From assembly GCA_012295275.1 (NCBI GenBank), contig CM022679.1, positions 22,878,001 through 22,942,000 of the forward strand: 64,000 nucleotides of DNA, given 5' to 3'. The notes under the pieces are model-generated. The model was given only the letters and a program-made list of their open reading frames with translations. It was not told the DNA's origin and searched no databases. Source of the DNA: Chrysomallon squamiferum. Taxonomy: Eukaryota; Animalia; Mollusca. How positions within the stretch are numbered: position 1 is the first letter of the stretch; every line of letters starts with the position of its first letter. Both the position numbers and the translations under genes were made by a program. Of this stretch, positions 1-16,266 are shown piece by piece.

Positions 1-135
1 AGAGCAAATTGGTGTATAATTATAATTACAAATTGGTATATATTATAATTATACGTTAGTAAGTTCTATAATTACAGGGTGTACATTATAATTAAATGTA
101 ATATAAATACAGATTGATGTGAATTATAATTATAG

Positions 136-195
136 GTTACTGAAAACAGTGTGTGATGATGAAAATCATTGAAATAGTTTACCAAATTAATACAG
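136..195 (+). pseudogene. Extra 60-nt N-terminal repeat exon of copy A1 with an in-frame TGA
   Basis: tatag|GT TAC TGA AAA CAG TGT..AAT ACA G|gttagt. Paralogous to exons 355-414, 10983-11042 and 11178-11237, with TGA where they have TGT (Cys). Confidence 0.6.
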
Positions 196-354
196 GTTAG
201 TATTGTAATTGTAGAGTAGTGTGTATTTTAATTAAAGGTTGGCGTTGTATTATAATTATTCATTTGTGAGTTTTATAATTACAGGCTGGTATATATTATA
301 ATTACAGGCTGGTTTGTATTATAATTGCAGACTGATGTGAAATTATAATTACAG

Positions 355-3383
<3,029 letters not shown>

Positions 3384-4071
3384 CTTATCGTGGCTGAACT
3401 TGTGGTTGTTTTATAATTTATTATATTTGTTTTGGTTTTATTATTATTATTTATTTATGTTCTTTGGTTACTTTCTTTTACTTTTTATTTTAATAATTAC
3501 ACAGTATTAACTTTTTTACGTCAAATGGTTGCAGTTTTGTCAACTGTTTTTAAGTCTTAATGTATATATTACTTAAAGCTATAAAAGAGTAATATATTAA
3601 TACATTTTTCAAAAGAAGAATGAAAAGAGAAAATTTTGCTGTTATAAACTTCTTTTTATATTTTTAACTTTCTTAAATAATGCATATCCTTAATATATTT
3701 CTACACATCTACTTATACTATATTCTAATTTATTTATATAGTTTCTCTAATAATATTTTATGCCAAATGTATGTGATTTTACAAACATTCATTAAGTCAT
3801 CTTGGATTGTGATATTTTCATTTTTTATATTAATTTAAAAAAATAAGGAAAAAATAATTATAACTGATAATTGTATAATATGTGATTATTAACCAAAGAT
3901 ATTGTTTGTTTTTTTATTTTGTTTTGTTTCTTAATCTTTAATACTGATAATGATATTGCTTAATTAATTGTATTATATGTGATTGTAAAAAATATATATA
4001 TTTTGGATTTGTTTTTTATACTGACATTGATATTCTGTAATTCTAGTGTGTGTATATATATATATATATAC

Positions 4072-4400
4072 AATTGTTCAATGGACAATACCCTATCAAG
4101 CGAGAAATAGGACAATTGCTCACTACAACTGCGGAAGCAGGAAATGTCATGCTGTGGATGGTCAAAAGCTATGAAATATCTTCACCCATGCCTACTGCCC
4201 ATAGATGAAGATGGATGGATGCTTGCCTGGAAAGAGTATGACCCATTCAGTGTCTCTACAAACCAGCAGAAGTTGACATCTTGGAACTGTTCAAAGGTGG
4301 TTGGACTACGTCTCGCAAGGGTCACTCCTCATGCAAGAACAACAACGCAACGTGCATTACTCTCTGTATGATACCAGATAAAGATAAAGCTGATGTATGA
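4072..4400 (+). mobile_element. Decayed transposon-like ORF 3' end with tesmin/TSO1-like CXC tail
   Basis: Frameshifted translation PMPT-LPIDEDGW..PIQCLYKPAEVDILELFKGGWTTSRKGHSSCKNNNATCITLC resembles the GW..P..LELxKCGCxxxCxxxCSCxxxxxxCTxLC tail of common invertebrate TE-like ORFs. Paralogous at ~8366-8630 and ~14428-14690. Confidence 0.55.
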
Positions 4401-5302
4401 CTGCTGTAGGTGGAAGAACAAGGATGACACTATCAAAAGACTGTGAACCACTGATTTCATTCAATAAGTGTTCAACGTGGCCTGGTCTATGACAATGTTT
4501 TTGCTCAAATGTAATCTTATTCAGTGAGTTGTCCGTGTATCTTTCTGTAATGTTTCTCTTTTTCAGTGAGTTAGTTGTCTGTGTATCTCTCTGAAGATTG
4601 TTCAGGTCAAAACTAAATGGATTGCCTATTATGCAGTGCGATTTATTGTTGGTAATTACGCCTGCTAGAATATTTGTATTGATAATTTGATCTTAAACCC
4701 GAACTTCTGAATCTATATGTATGTGCCTTCTTGATGTTTGTATGGTTGTATTCTAATATTCTGCATGGTCTTGACATACTATCGACCTTAAATATATTCG
4801 AGATTATCAAGCATATTTAAAAACCCTACAACAGAGTCTAATATCATTGAAATTGGTCAAGTATTTCTAAGATATGCCATTTTCTGCACTTTCCACATCT
4901 TGGATTTTCAGCCTTACAGATGTCTAAAAATGTGTTACTTACTCTATGCAAATATCAGTTTATTGTTTAGGGGAATTTCTTACAAAGAAGTAACTGAAAA
5001 TAAAGTGAAACAAGGAAATGGCGCTTGTACAAATTGCACACTTTCATCTATTTTTAGACGGCACTGTAATTAGTAGCTCCACCCATGCGCCTGAAGTTAC
5101 AAAATTTGGACAAACACTGTTCCTATATATCCCAGAATAAATCGCCATTTGCATTTTTTTGGACAATTTCAGTCATGATATATTGGAAAACAAAAAGCAA
5201 ACAATGGCATGCCAGAAGGACAAGCTGAACTGAAATACCTATAACATTAGCGTGCCCTACATTTCCCTAGCCCCCAGTTTCAATTCGAAACCTAATTGTC
5301 CA

Positions 5303-5746
5303 ACTTTATACCATGATAAAGACAGTTTAGGCTTTACTGTAATAAAAATAAATTAACAATCATAACCAAAGTAAGATAGTTTAAACACGATTCACGAGTT
5401 TTAATAATAATAATAATGATGCTCTGGAAGCTCTGCTGAATACTCACCAGTACTGATTAATGATAAAACTAAATACTGATAATCTCTTCAATATGTGAAT
5501 GTAAGATAACGACCTATGTTAAACCTCGACTGGAAATTAATTTTTAATGCGATCAGAAATTACACGAGCAAAAAGAAAAGAATAAGAAAAAGGAAGGAAA
5601 TGATGAAACATTTGGTTTAAAGGTTAAATAGGAACTACTACGTATTATTATAATAAACTTAATGAAACAAACAAACAAACACACGAACACACAAACAACA
5701 ACAACAACAAATAATAATAATAATTATGATGATGATGATGATGATG

Positions 5747-5785
<39 letters not shown>

Positions 5786-6240
5786 GCAACGTGTTGTTTA
5801 TGTAGAAGTCAGATAAAGGCAATTTTGCCTGCAAGTTTAGTTTTAGAAACAAAATGTCCAGGTTTCAGTGTTATTTTCCTGATCATAAACCATTATTATT
5901 CAGTGACCTTTGATAAGCGGAAGAAAATAAACTGATTATTTACATGGCGAAATTTTAAAAGAGATAATATATGTTTGAAGTTCAGAACTTCTCCTTTTCA
6001 ACTGATGACAGAAATTATTTTAATTATAAGAAGAAGAAGAAGAAGAAAGAACAACAACCACCTGCGAAAACAGAGAGGTTTGGTTAGCTTAATTTTATTT
6101 TTGTGGGATTAACGGAAGTGATTCTAAGCCAGTAATGAATTTAAACTAATCATTTCAAAGCAGGTCTGTATGTGAGTATGATCATTATTGTTATGATAAG
6201 ATATAAAGTGATTTCACAAAAATCAAATCAAATTACTTGC
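5303..6240 (+). promoter_or_regulatory. Conserved upstream block of the repeat unit (probable promoter/5'UTR region)
   Basis: Block starting actttataccatgataaagacag(c/t)ttaggctttactgtaataaaaat recurs at ~5303, ~9269 and ~15735, each time upstream of a gene copy. Confidence 0.45.
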
Positions 6241-6479
6241 TTTCACCCATTAAATGGTATAGCGGACCCAAATATCTACCCAAGATATTTGAATGAGGCA
6301 GTTTTTTAAATGAAGGGAGAACAACAAGAATAACTGAATTAAGAGTTCTGGTTCTTGAATTTATTAATTCTAATGCACCAGCATAAATCAATTTACATAA
6401 TTATTGTTTATCGTGAATGTCAGGGTTTCAGTAAAGGTCAAGGAATGAAAATGCTATTATCAATTTATTTCATGTTTCA

Positions 6480-6512
<33 letters not shown>

Positions 6513-6843
6513 TTTGTTGAGGAAGAGGAAGATCATGTCCCTTTAATATGACAAAATAACAAGAAATCTGCTTTAAGGTTTCTAAATAAAAAGTTATTAC
6601 TCTATTACTTATTCATTCGTTCTTTTGTTTGTTTGTTTGTTTTTTGTTTCATTAGTCCAGTACAGTGCCTAAGAAACTGTGAATTATAAACAATATAGAA
6701 AAAGGGACATGATCCATGCTCTCCCATATAATAATAATAAATAAATGATGATGATGATAAATAAATAAATATACTAAAAAAAAAAAAAAAAAAAAAAGAA
6801 AAAAAATGAAGAAACTGTATAATTAAACATTCTTAACTTGTAG

Positions 6844-7777
6844 GAGAAATAAGAACAGTTGACAGTCAGCGTTCATGGTGTATGTGTGGACATTGTCGCT
6901 GGTTGCCTACACCTGTAGAAAACGTTTGTTGTGGACGAAAACCTGCAGAGTGCAGGTCCATCCAGGTAAAACATCTGTATCTGAAATGATCTGTAAAAGA
7001 ATCACAAGTGTATCATTCCAGGTTTTCATTGGCCCATTTGTTGATAATATCCAACTCAATGAGGTTAATTATTAACAAAACAAAACATTGGTCTGAGAGT
7101 TGTTGGATTCCATCCTTGATCATTTTTGTTTGTTGAGTGATTTATCATTCTAGCCTATCTCCAGGGTCTAGTTTACTTTTTCCACTCTGTTAAAAAGTGC
7201 ATGTGAATAGTATTGCTGTTAAGCAAAACCAAACAAGTTTTTTTATATGTTATGTCAAACTATGGAAAAATAAATAAAATGAGTACAGTTAATTTCCTGA
7301 CTGCGTCACTTCTAAAATCAAAATATTCCTCATTAACTGTGCTTATTAATAATATTATTTTGTTTCACTTGTACATTTAGTTTGTTTTATTCCTGTTACA
7401 TAAAATGTCATCTCAGAAATATGTTGTTGTTGTTTGCATTACTGGGTGGCTGTTTGAACATTTAAGTGTATACTAATTATTTTGTTATAGTTGAATTCTG
7501 TCCACGTTAACATGTTCATCTGCTTTTGATTTCAAAAGGATTTGTCTGATATTATCAGTGATGTTAAAAAAAAAAAAAAATCAGACGTATCCTCCAGGAG
7601 CAACACAATATAAACGACAGAAACAGGAGAGAATGCTACAGAAAACTGGCTGAGAAAATTCACGGAAAGCTTGGTCCTAAAAAACGAAAGCCAGATCCAG
7701 CATGCTGCGTTTGGAGAATCAGAGACCAATTTGCTGATCCCTTTGGAAAATACACTGGTTTCAAAGAAGCAAATTAA
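6844..7777 (+). pseudogene. P2X7 ballast-domain gene copy B1, truncated and frameshifted
   Basis: Exon 6844-6965 (WCMCGHCRWLPTPVENVCCGRKPAEC) is intact. The last exon from 7539 reaches TAA after an A15 run, and the rest (..RRECYRK..PACCVWRIRDQFADPFGKYTGFKEAN*) is in another frame. Start, CxxC and linker exons present in B2 are deleted at ~6240-6335. Confidence 0.8.
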
Positions 7778-8365
7778 CGTTTGTAACGTTCTTTAAAGTG
7801 TGGTTAAACTTAATTCAGTTTCCTTTTTTGTTGTTTGTTGTTTTTTACGTTTATTTCAGTTGTTGACTACTTATTAGATGTGTTTGTTTTATCATTTAGT
7901 TGTGTTGCTTGCTTTATTTATAAGTTGGCTGATACTCATACTTCACATTATCTGTTGCTTTTTATTTTAATAATTACGCAGTATTATTTTTGATATATAT
8001 AATTAGTTTTATTTTATGCTATATTTAGTTCATTCAGATAAATTTGCTGATATAATATTTTATGCTAAGTGTATGTGATTTTACAAACATTTACTAAGTC
8101 AGTTGGACTGTAATAGATTTTATAGCAGTATTTGAACATTTTCATTACTTCCAGCTTATTAAAAAAAATCACAAACAACTAACTACAAACGTGGTAATTG
8201 TATAATATGTGATTATGAACTATAGATATATATATATATTTTTTTCTATATTGATAATGATATTGCTTAATTATATGTGATTGTAAAAAAATAGATATAG
8301 GTTTTTTTTTTTTTTTTTATATATACTGATATTGATACTGTGTAATTCTAGTACCAGGTGTACGG

Positions 8366-8630
8366 ATAATTGCTCACCGGAAAATACCTCATGAAGAAAG
8401 TGAGAAATAGAACAATTATTGCTCATTGCAACTGCTGAAACAGGGAAATGTCTCTCCGCGGCTATGATGATGAAACAGTTTGCACCATCTCACCCATGCC
8501 TACTGCCCTTAAAGGAAAATGGATGGATGCTTGCCTGGGACGATTATGACCCATTCAGTGTCTCAACAAAGCATCAGCAATTGCCGTCTTGGATCTGATC
8601 GAATGTGGTTGGACTACGTCCTGCACTGCT
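8366..8630 (+). mobile_element. Second copy of the CXC-tail transposon relic
   Basis: Aligns to 4072-4320; translates PIQCLNK..AVLDLIECGWTTSC. Confidence 0.5.
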
Positions 8631-9368
8631 ATCTGCAAATTTCAGGTAATAATGTTGTTATAATTACCTAATTGATATAATTAGATTTCATTGTATGTTC
8701 ATGATATGCTGATCTGTTTTGATCTTAATGCATAACAGACCTGCCATCAACTTGAAATATTCAAAAAATGACCTTTGCCTTGACCTTCTTGCATGATTTT
8801 GACCTACGTACGACCTTAAACAATTGCAGATGTCTGTCTAAACATTTGTTAGGCATTCCTTTTTTTTTTTTCCATTTTAGAAATCATGAATTTCCAACCT
8901 CAAAATGTTCTCTTAACTTACTCTATCAATTATTTTTTCAGGGGGATTTCTTATAAAGATGTAACTGAAAATAAAGCGAAACAATTTATTTTTAGACTGC
9001 TCTGTAATCAGTAGCTCCGCCCATACGCTACAAAATTCTGACAAACACTGTTTCTATATTTCGCAGAATAAATCAATACTTGCATTTTTTTCCCCACAAT
9101 TTAAGTTATGAAATATTGGAAAACAAAAAGGAGAAACAGTTTATTGTTATACTGTCCGAGGAGCTTCGTGACAGACAGACAATGGAGGCAGAAGGAGAAG
9201 CTGAACTCACATACCCATAATATTAGTGTGTGCAACGTTTGCCTTTTCCCTGGTTTCTATTACAAACCACTTTATACCATGATAAAGACAGCTTAGGCTT
9301 TACTGTAATAAAAATTAATTAAAAATCACAACCAAAGTCAGATAGCTTTAACATGACTCATGAATTTC

Positions 9369-9424
<56 letters not shown>

Positions 9425-10760
9425 AAACGACCTATGTTAAACTCCAGCTGGAAATTAACCTTTACTGCGAGCGCAAAAGAAGAAGAAGAAAAAACAAAAT
9501 AAGAAAGAAAGAAGGAAAAAAAAAAAAAAAGAAAAAAGGGGAAAAAAGAAGAAAAAAGAGAAGGAAAGGATAGAACATTTGGTTTAAAGGTCAAATAAGA
9601 ACTCTCTGTATTATATTAATGAAAGAAAAAAGAAACAACAACAATAATAATAATATTAATAATAATAACAATAACAACGTGTTGAGCATGTCGGAGTCAG
9701 ATATACGCCATTTTGCCTGTGAGTTTATTTTTAGAAAATGTTTTTTCCAGGTTTCAGCATTAATTGGCGCGACCTTTCATCAGCACAAGAAAATAAAATG
9801 ATTATTTGTAATACAGGTATGACTTATTGATTATTTTTTAAAACAAATATTTATATGAAGTTCAGAAGTTTTCCTTTTAAACTCAGGACTGAAATTATTT
9901 TGATAAAACAAACAAAACAAAAAACAAGCAATGAAACCATTGGGAGAGTAAGCTGAAAATTACCACTGAAGATAACAAAATGTAGTTCATATGAAGTAAA
10001 CTTTGTGATAAACATCAATGGACTTTTTTCTTTTTTTTTTTTTTTTTTTTTTCTGGACATTTCTTTGACAATTTTGCATTAAATTAAAGAGTTTAATTTT
10101 ATTTCAATGAGATTAACGGAATTAATTGAAACCCAGAAATGAATTTAAACTAATCATTGAAAAGCTGATCTGTATATTTAGATGAAAATTGATGGATGCC
10201 TGCCCGTTATGGTAGGTATATATAGGCGATGTCACAGTATAAAATAAAATAACCTGTATAGGAGAGAATGTCAGTAAATTAATCAGAAATCACATTTTAT
10301 TTATGATAATTATATCACTATGTCTCTCTCTCACATACACGTACACACAGGCTCACACACATATGCACAAACACATGGATATGTAAACAACTAATAACAA
10401 ATAAATAAAGGAAATTAATGTTGTCAGTTTTATTTTGTTTTATTAAGCTGATCTAAACGTTAATATGATAGTTATTGTTATAGTAGGTATAAAGCATGTC
10501 ACAAAATAAAATAAAATAACTTGCATCGGAGGGAATGTCAGTAAATTAATCAGAAATCACATTTTTGTTTATGATAATTACATCATGTAAACAACTAAAA
10601 ACAAAATTAATTTCCAATAATTATTAACGTTCTCATTTTCCCTTTTTTCTTTAACATAGAAATTTCTAACTCTTTCAGAAACATACTGAAAACAGTTTTC
10701 TTTAAGTCTGAATTTTCAATTGTGTCTAATGACAAACTGCAGACAAGTTTTTCCAAAAAC

Positions 10761-12082
10761 ATGGTTTGTAAGTATCAGCAGAAAAAAGATAGAACGAAAA
10801 AATGTATCATATATCTATCTAAAAGGAAATCATAAATATTAAAGAAATAATAAATAAATAAATAAATAACAACAGTAAGAGATAATGCATGAAATATAAT
10901 GGGACATATATTGAGAGAATAACACATTTTGAGAAAGAAAGAGAGAATTACAAATTCAAGTTATTGTGCATTGTAATTACAGGTTACTGTCGACAGTGTC
11001 TGGTGACGAAACTAATAGAAATAGTTTACCAAATTAATGCAGGTTAGTATTATAATTAAAGAGTAGTGTATAATATAATTACAAATTGGTGTTTATTATA
11101 ATTATAGATTTGTGAATTTTATAATTAAAGGCTGGTGTATATTATAATTGCAGACTGATGTGAAATTATAATTACAGGTTACTGTCAACAGTATCTGGTG
11201 AAGAAACTCCTAGAAATAGTTTACCAAATTAATACAGGTTAGTATTATAATTAAAGAGTAGTGTATATTGTAATTCAAGGTTGGTGTGTATTATAATTAC
11301 AGATTAGTGTGTATTACAATACAAGTTTAGTATGTATTATAATTATATAATTGGTGTGTATCACATTTAAAAATGAAGTGTATTATATTTAAAAGTGGTG
11401 TATATTCAGTTCAAGGTTAGTATTATAATTACAAATTGGTATGTATTATAATACGAGGTTATTGTGTATCATAATTACAGATTGGTGTGTATTGCAATTC
11501 AAGTTAGTGTGTTTTATAATTACAGACTGGTGTGTATTGTAATTCAAGGTCAATGTGTATTATAATTAAAGGCTAGTGTGTATTATATCTACAAATATAG
11601 GTGGTATTATAATTAAAGGTTAGTGTATAACTACAAATTAGTATTATATTAAAGGTTAGTGTGTATTACAACTACAAGTTAGTGTGAATTATAATTAAAG
11701 GTTAGTGTCCATGATAATTAAAGGTTAATTTGTAGTATATTGTAATTAAAGGTTTATATTATAATTAAAAGTCAGTGGTACTATAATTAAAACTTTATAT
11801 TATAATTAAAGGTCTGTGTGTGTTATAATTACAGTTTATTGCCCACACTCCCATCTGGAGGAAATATCAGATATCTTTTACCCAGCAACTGTTACAGATA
11901 ATAAAAATGATACACACTATCGCACAGAAATATAAATATGTTCGAGTTTAAATTGTTATGTGTCAAGACATTTGAATCAGCCAGTTATTTTAAGAAGTCA
12001 GTGACAGGACAACACCAACAACTGCACTAATGCTGATACAAATAACTATTCAATAAATAATAGTAGTAAGAACAGTAATAAC

Positions 12083-12128
<46 letters not shown>

Positions 12129-14005
12129 TAAACAAAATTCGAAGAAAAGTAATAAGTAAGTAAATAAATAAATAAACATTAAGAGAAAATATTATTACCT
12201 GTAATTATTTAAATGACATTTTTGAAAGTATAGTATGTTTGTCATATTTTTATACGTATATATCTTTTTCTTAAGTTGAAGATGTTGATGCAGGAGGACA
12301 AGATGCTGCTGCTACAGATACTGGGGCTTCTGCAGGATCTCAATCTTTTATCTTTTTACACTCAAAAAATATCTCTGTGGTGACGCAAACCACATCAGAA
12401 AGTAAACATTTATTATAATTGAAACAATCTACTTTATTTATTATTTTATCTCTTTATTATTCTTTTATGTTATTTTTGTTGTCATTGAACACAATAAAGT
12501 ATCTTTTTCCAAACTGTTTTTAACATCATAAAACTGTAAGAAATCTGCTTAAAGTTGTCTAAACAAATAGAATTATTTAATTATTATTTATTTGTTTGTT
12601 TACTTATTTCGTTAGTCCAGTACAGTGCCTAAGTCCTGTCACAGCAATAACTGAATTATAAACAGTTTGGTAAAAGGGACATGATCCATACTTTCCCTGT
12701 AATAATGATAATGCTAATAAATCATGATGATGAAGATGATGATGATAATAATATTATTAGTAATAAATTACTATATAAAGAACTGTGTTTTGTTAGTAAA
12801 ATTTGCATCCAGTCTGATTTAGTCAGGGTGAAAGTGTTTTAACAGCTGTCTCAGTCCTTGTATCTCTGTAAAGCTCAGTTTTACACAGGAGCAATTACAG
12901 AGCAGTTAAATAAATAAATAAATAAATACATTTTAAATTTTAATTAACCATTTTTTTTTTTAAAAAGCACTGATAATTAAACAATGTTTACTCGTAGGAG
13001 ATGTTAATGAAGATGGCGAGACAACATCAGAAAACAGAACAGTTGACAGTCGACCATCGTGGTGTGTGTGTGACAACTGCCGTGACATGCCTACACCTGT
13101 AGAAAAACGTTGTTGTAGACGAAAACCTGCAGGTTGCAGGTCCATCGAGGTAAAACTATCTTTATATGAAATTATTTGTAACAGAATCACAAGTGTTTCA
13201 TTCCAGGTTTTCATTGGTCTGTTTGTTAGTGATATCCAACTGAATAACACCGAGGTTAATTATTAACTAATCAAAACTTTGGTCTGAGACACGTTGGGTT
13301 CCATCCTTGATCAGTTTTGTTTGTTGAGGTATTTATCAATTTATCATTCCAGCCTATTCCAATGTCTTGTTCACTTTTTCCACTCTGTGAGAAAGTGCAT
13401 GTGAATAGTATTGTTGTTAAGCAAACACCAAACAGTATCTTAATTACTAAGTTTTCAATATGTTACGTGAAACTAAGAAATACTACATAAAATTATTCAT
13501 AAAATAAAGTTATATTCCTGACTACAGTTACTTTTAAAATCAAAAATATTCCTCATTTACTGTGCTTATTAGTAATAATAATATTATTTTGTTTCACTTG
13601 CAAATCTAGTTTGTTTTACTCCTGTTACATAAAAATATTTCATCTGAGAAATACATTGGTGGCTGGTTGTTTGAACATTTAAGTTCAAAATACGTACTAA
13701 TTATTTTGCTATTGTTGAATTCTGTCCATGCTAATATATTCATTTGGTTCTGATTTTAGGTTTTGAATGATATCATCAGAAATGTTAAAAAAAGTCCGAG
13801 GTATCCTGAAGTAAAATCCAAACAGGAAGAACATTTTATAAATGACAAAAAGAGGAGGAAATGCTATAGAAAACTGGCTGAGAAAATTCATGGAAAGCTT
13901 GGTGCTAAAAATCGAAAACCACTTCCAGCATGCTGCGTCTGGAAAATTAGAGACCAATTTCCTGATCCGTTTGGAAAATACCAAGGTTTCAGAAAAGCAA
14001 AATAG
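10761..14005 (+). CDS. Stand-alone P2X7 ballast-domain protein, copy A2 (~216 aa)
   Basis: Exons 10761-10767 (ATG GTT T|gtaagt), 10983-11042, 11178-11237, 12276-12401, 12998-13149, 13760-14005 total 651 nt and are open: MVCYCRQCLVTKLIEIVYQINAGYCQQYLVKKLLEIV..WCVCDNC..KRCCRRKPAGC..LPACCVWKIRDQFPDPFGKYQGFRKAK*. A further 75-nt exon 11835-11909 has lost its donor (g|atacac vs g|gtacac in A1). Confidence 0.82.
11043..11834. repeat. Degenerate ~23-bp satellite, paralog of 1-1350
   Basis: Repeated tattataatt(acag/aaag)gttagtgtg-like monomers between the 60-nt and 75-nt exons. Confidence 0.85.
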
Positions 14006-14427
14006 TTATCAGCTGAACTTGTGGCTGTTTTATCATTTATTACATTTGTTTGTTTTATTATTTGTTTTGTGTTGTTTGCTTTATTTATAAGTTGATAACA
14101 CTATCTTTGTGTTAATTTTCTTAAATAATACTGATCTTTAATGTATTTCTACAGTTCTATTAACTAGTTTTATTTTATGCTTTATTTATTTCATTCAGCT
14201 AAATATATGTATATGTCTAATTTATTTATGTAGTTTCTCTAATAATATTTTATGCTTATGTGATTTTACTAAGTCATCTTGATTTGTGATAGATTTTATA
14301 TCAGTATTGCAACATATTCATTATTTATACTTTATTAAAAAAATATATATATAAAAAATAAGTAAATTATAACTGATAATTATACTGATATTGAAATTGT
14401 GCGATTCTAGTACATTTACATTTGGGT

Positions 14428-14690
14428 GTATGGACAACTGATGAATGGACAATATCTCATCAAGAAAATGAGAAATAGGACAACTGTTGTCCATCACAGT
14501 TCCTGAAAGAGGGAAAAGACACTCTGTAGATATAATGGACAAAAGCTATTCAACATCTCACCCATGCCTACTGCCCCAGAGGAAAATGAATGAATAGATC
14601 CTTTGCCTGGTATGAGTGTGACTTAGCCAGAGTCTCTACAAACTAGCGACAGTTGTCGTCTTGGAACTTGTCAGATGTGGTTGGAAGACA
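14428..14690 (+). mobile_element. Third copy of the CXC-tail transposon relic
   Basis: Shares atggacaata..gagaaataggacaa..cacccatgcctactgccc..gtctctacaaac with 4072-4310. Confidence 0.5.
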
Positions 14691-14763
14691 TTTATATGTG
14701 TGCGCCTTCTTGGTGTTTGTATGTTCGTATTCTAATAGAATATATAGTTAATATATTCATCAG

Positions 14764-14943
14764 GTTTTGAACAGGAAAAACACATTATACACGACAAAAA
14801 GAGGAGGGAATTCTACAGAAAACTGGCTGAGAAAATTCATGGAAAGCTTGGTGCTAAAAATCGAAAACCACTTCCAGCATGCTGCATCTGGAAAATTTCC
14901 TGATCCCTTTGGAAAATACCAAGTTTTCAGAAAAGCAAAATAG
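14764..14943 (+). pseudogene. Orphan, internally deleted duplicate of the A2 last exon, followed by duplicated 3'UTR
   Basis: Near-identical to 13760-14005 but with a 5' deletion and an 11-nt deletion (tggaaaatttcctga) that gives a premature TGA. Confidence 0.85.
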
Positions 14944-15838
14944 TTATCAGCTGAACTTGTGGCTGTTTTATCATTTATTACATTTGTTTGTTTTGTTATT
15001 TGTTTTGTGTTGTTTGCTTTATTTATAAGTTGATACACAATCTTTGTGTTAAAAGACTGCACAATTATTTATTTTGTTTTTATTTTGATAATTATGCTGC
15101 TTTATTTATAAAAGATGATTCTGATCTTAAACAGAAATATAATCTAACTGTTGTTAGGCTTTAACGTATACATTACTTAAAACTATGAAAGAGTAAAAAT
15201 ATTTACATTTTTCAAAAGAAGAATGAAAAGAGAAAATTCTGCTGTTACAAACAGTTATTTTTTTTTTAACTTTCTTAAATAATACAATTTAATCCAATGA
15301 ACTTGAAACAGCCAAAAAATGACCTTTGCCTTGACCTTCTTGCATAATTTTGACCTACAATCGACCTTAAACATATTCCAGGCATATTTAGTTAGAAACC
15401 CTAACATCATTGAAATTGGTCAAGTACTTCTAGAGATATGCCATTTTCTGAGAGAAACAATATATATATATTAAAAATTGTGCAAATTATGTTTGTTTCT
15501 TATATGAATGTCAGTATTCGACCTTCTCCCATAAGCATTATCAACTCCTTGAATGTACATTTCAGTTTTAGTTTTGTTATCAACTATATATTTGTAATAT
15601 ATTCTTCTCTGTATTGTAATCCTACAGTTTATGAGAATAAAGTCATTGTCATTGAATAGTCCCATCCAGCACTTTGGACGTTAATCTTTAGTCTTTGTCC
15701 TGCTCTCTGTTCAATAAACCCGATTAATGGTATCACTTTATACCATGATAAAGACAGCTTAGGCTTTACTGTAATAAAAATAAATTAACAGTCACAACCA
15801 AAGTAAGATAGCTTTAAAATGATTCACGAATTAAATAG

Positions 15839-15904
<66 letters not shown>

Positions 15905-16215
15905 TTCTGTATGCCCTGCTTTATAGTCACCAGTACTGATTAATGATAAAACTAAATACTGATAACCACTTCAATATGTGAATGTAAGATACAGACCTAT
16001 GTTAAACCCCAGTTGGAAATTCACTTTTAATGCGATCTGAAATTACCCGATCAAAAAAAAAAAAAAAAAAAAAATAAAATAAAATAAATAAATAGAAAAG
16101 GAAAAAAAAAAAAAAAAAAGGAAATGATTAAACATTTCGTTTAAAAGTTATATAAGAACTACTTTATTAATATAATACTTTAATGAACAAGCAAACAAAT
16201 AAACAACAACAACAG

Positions 16216-16266
<51 letters not shown>

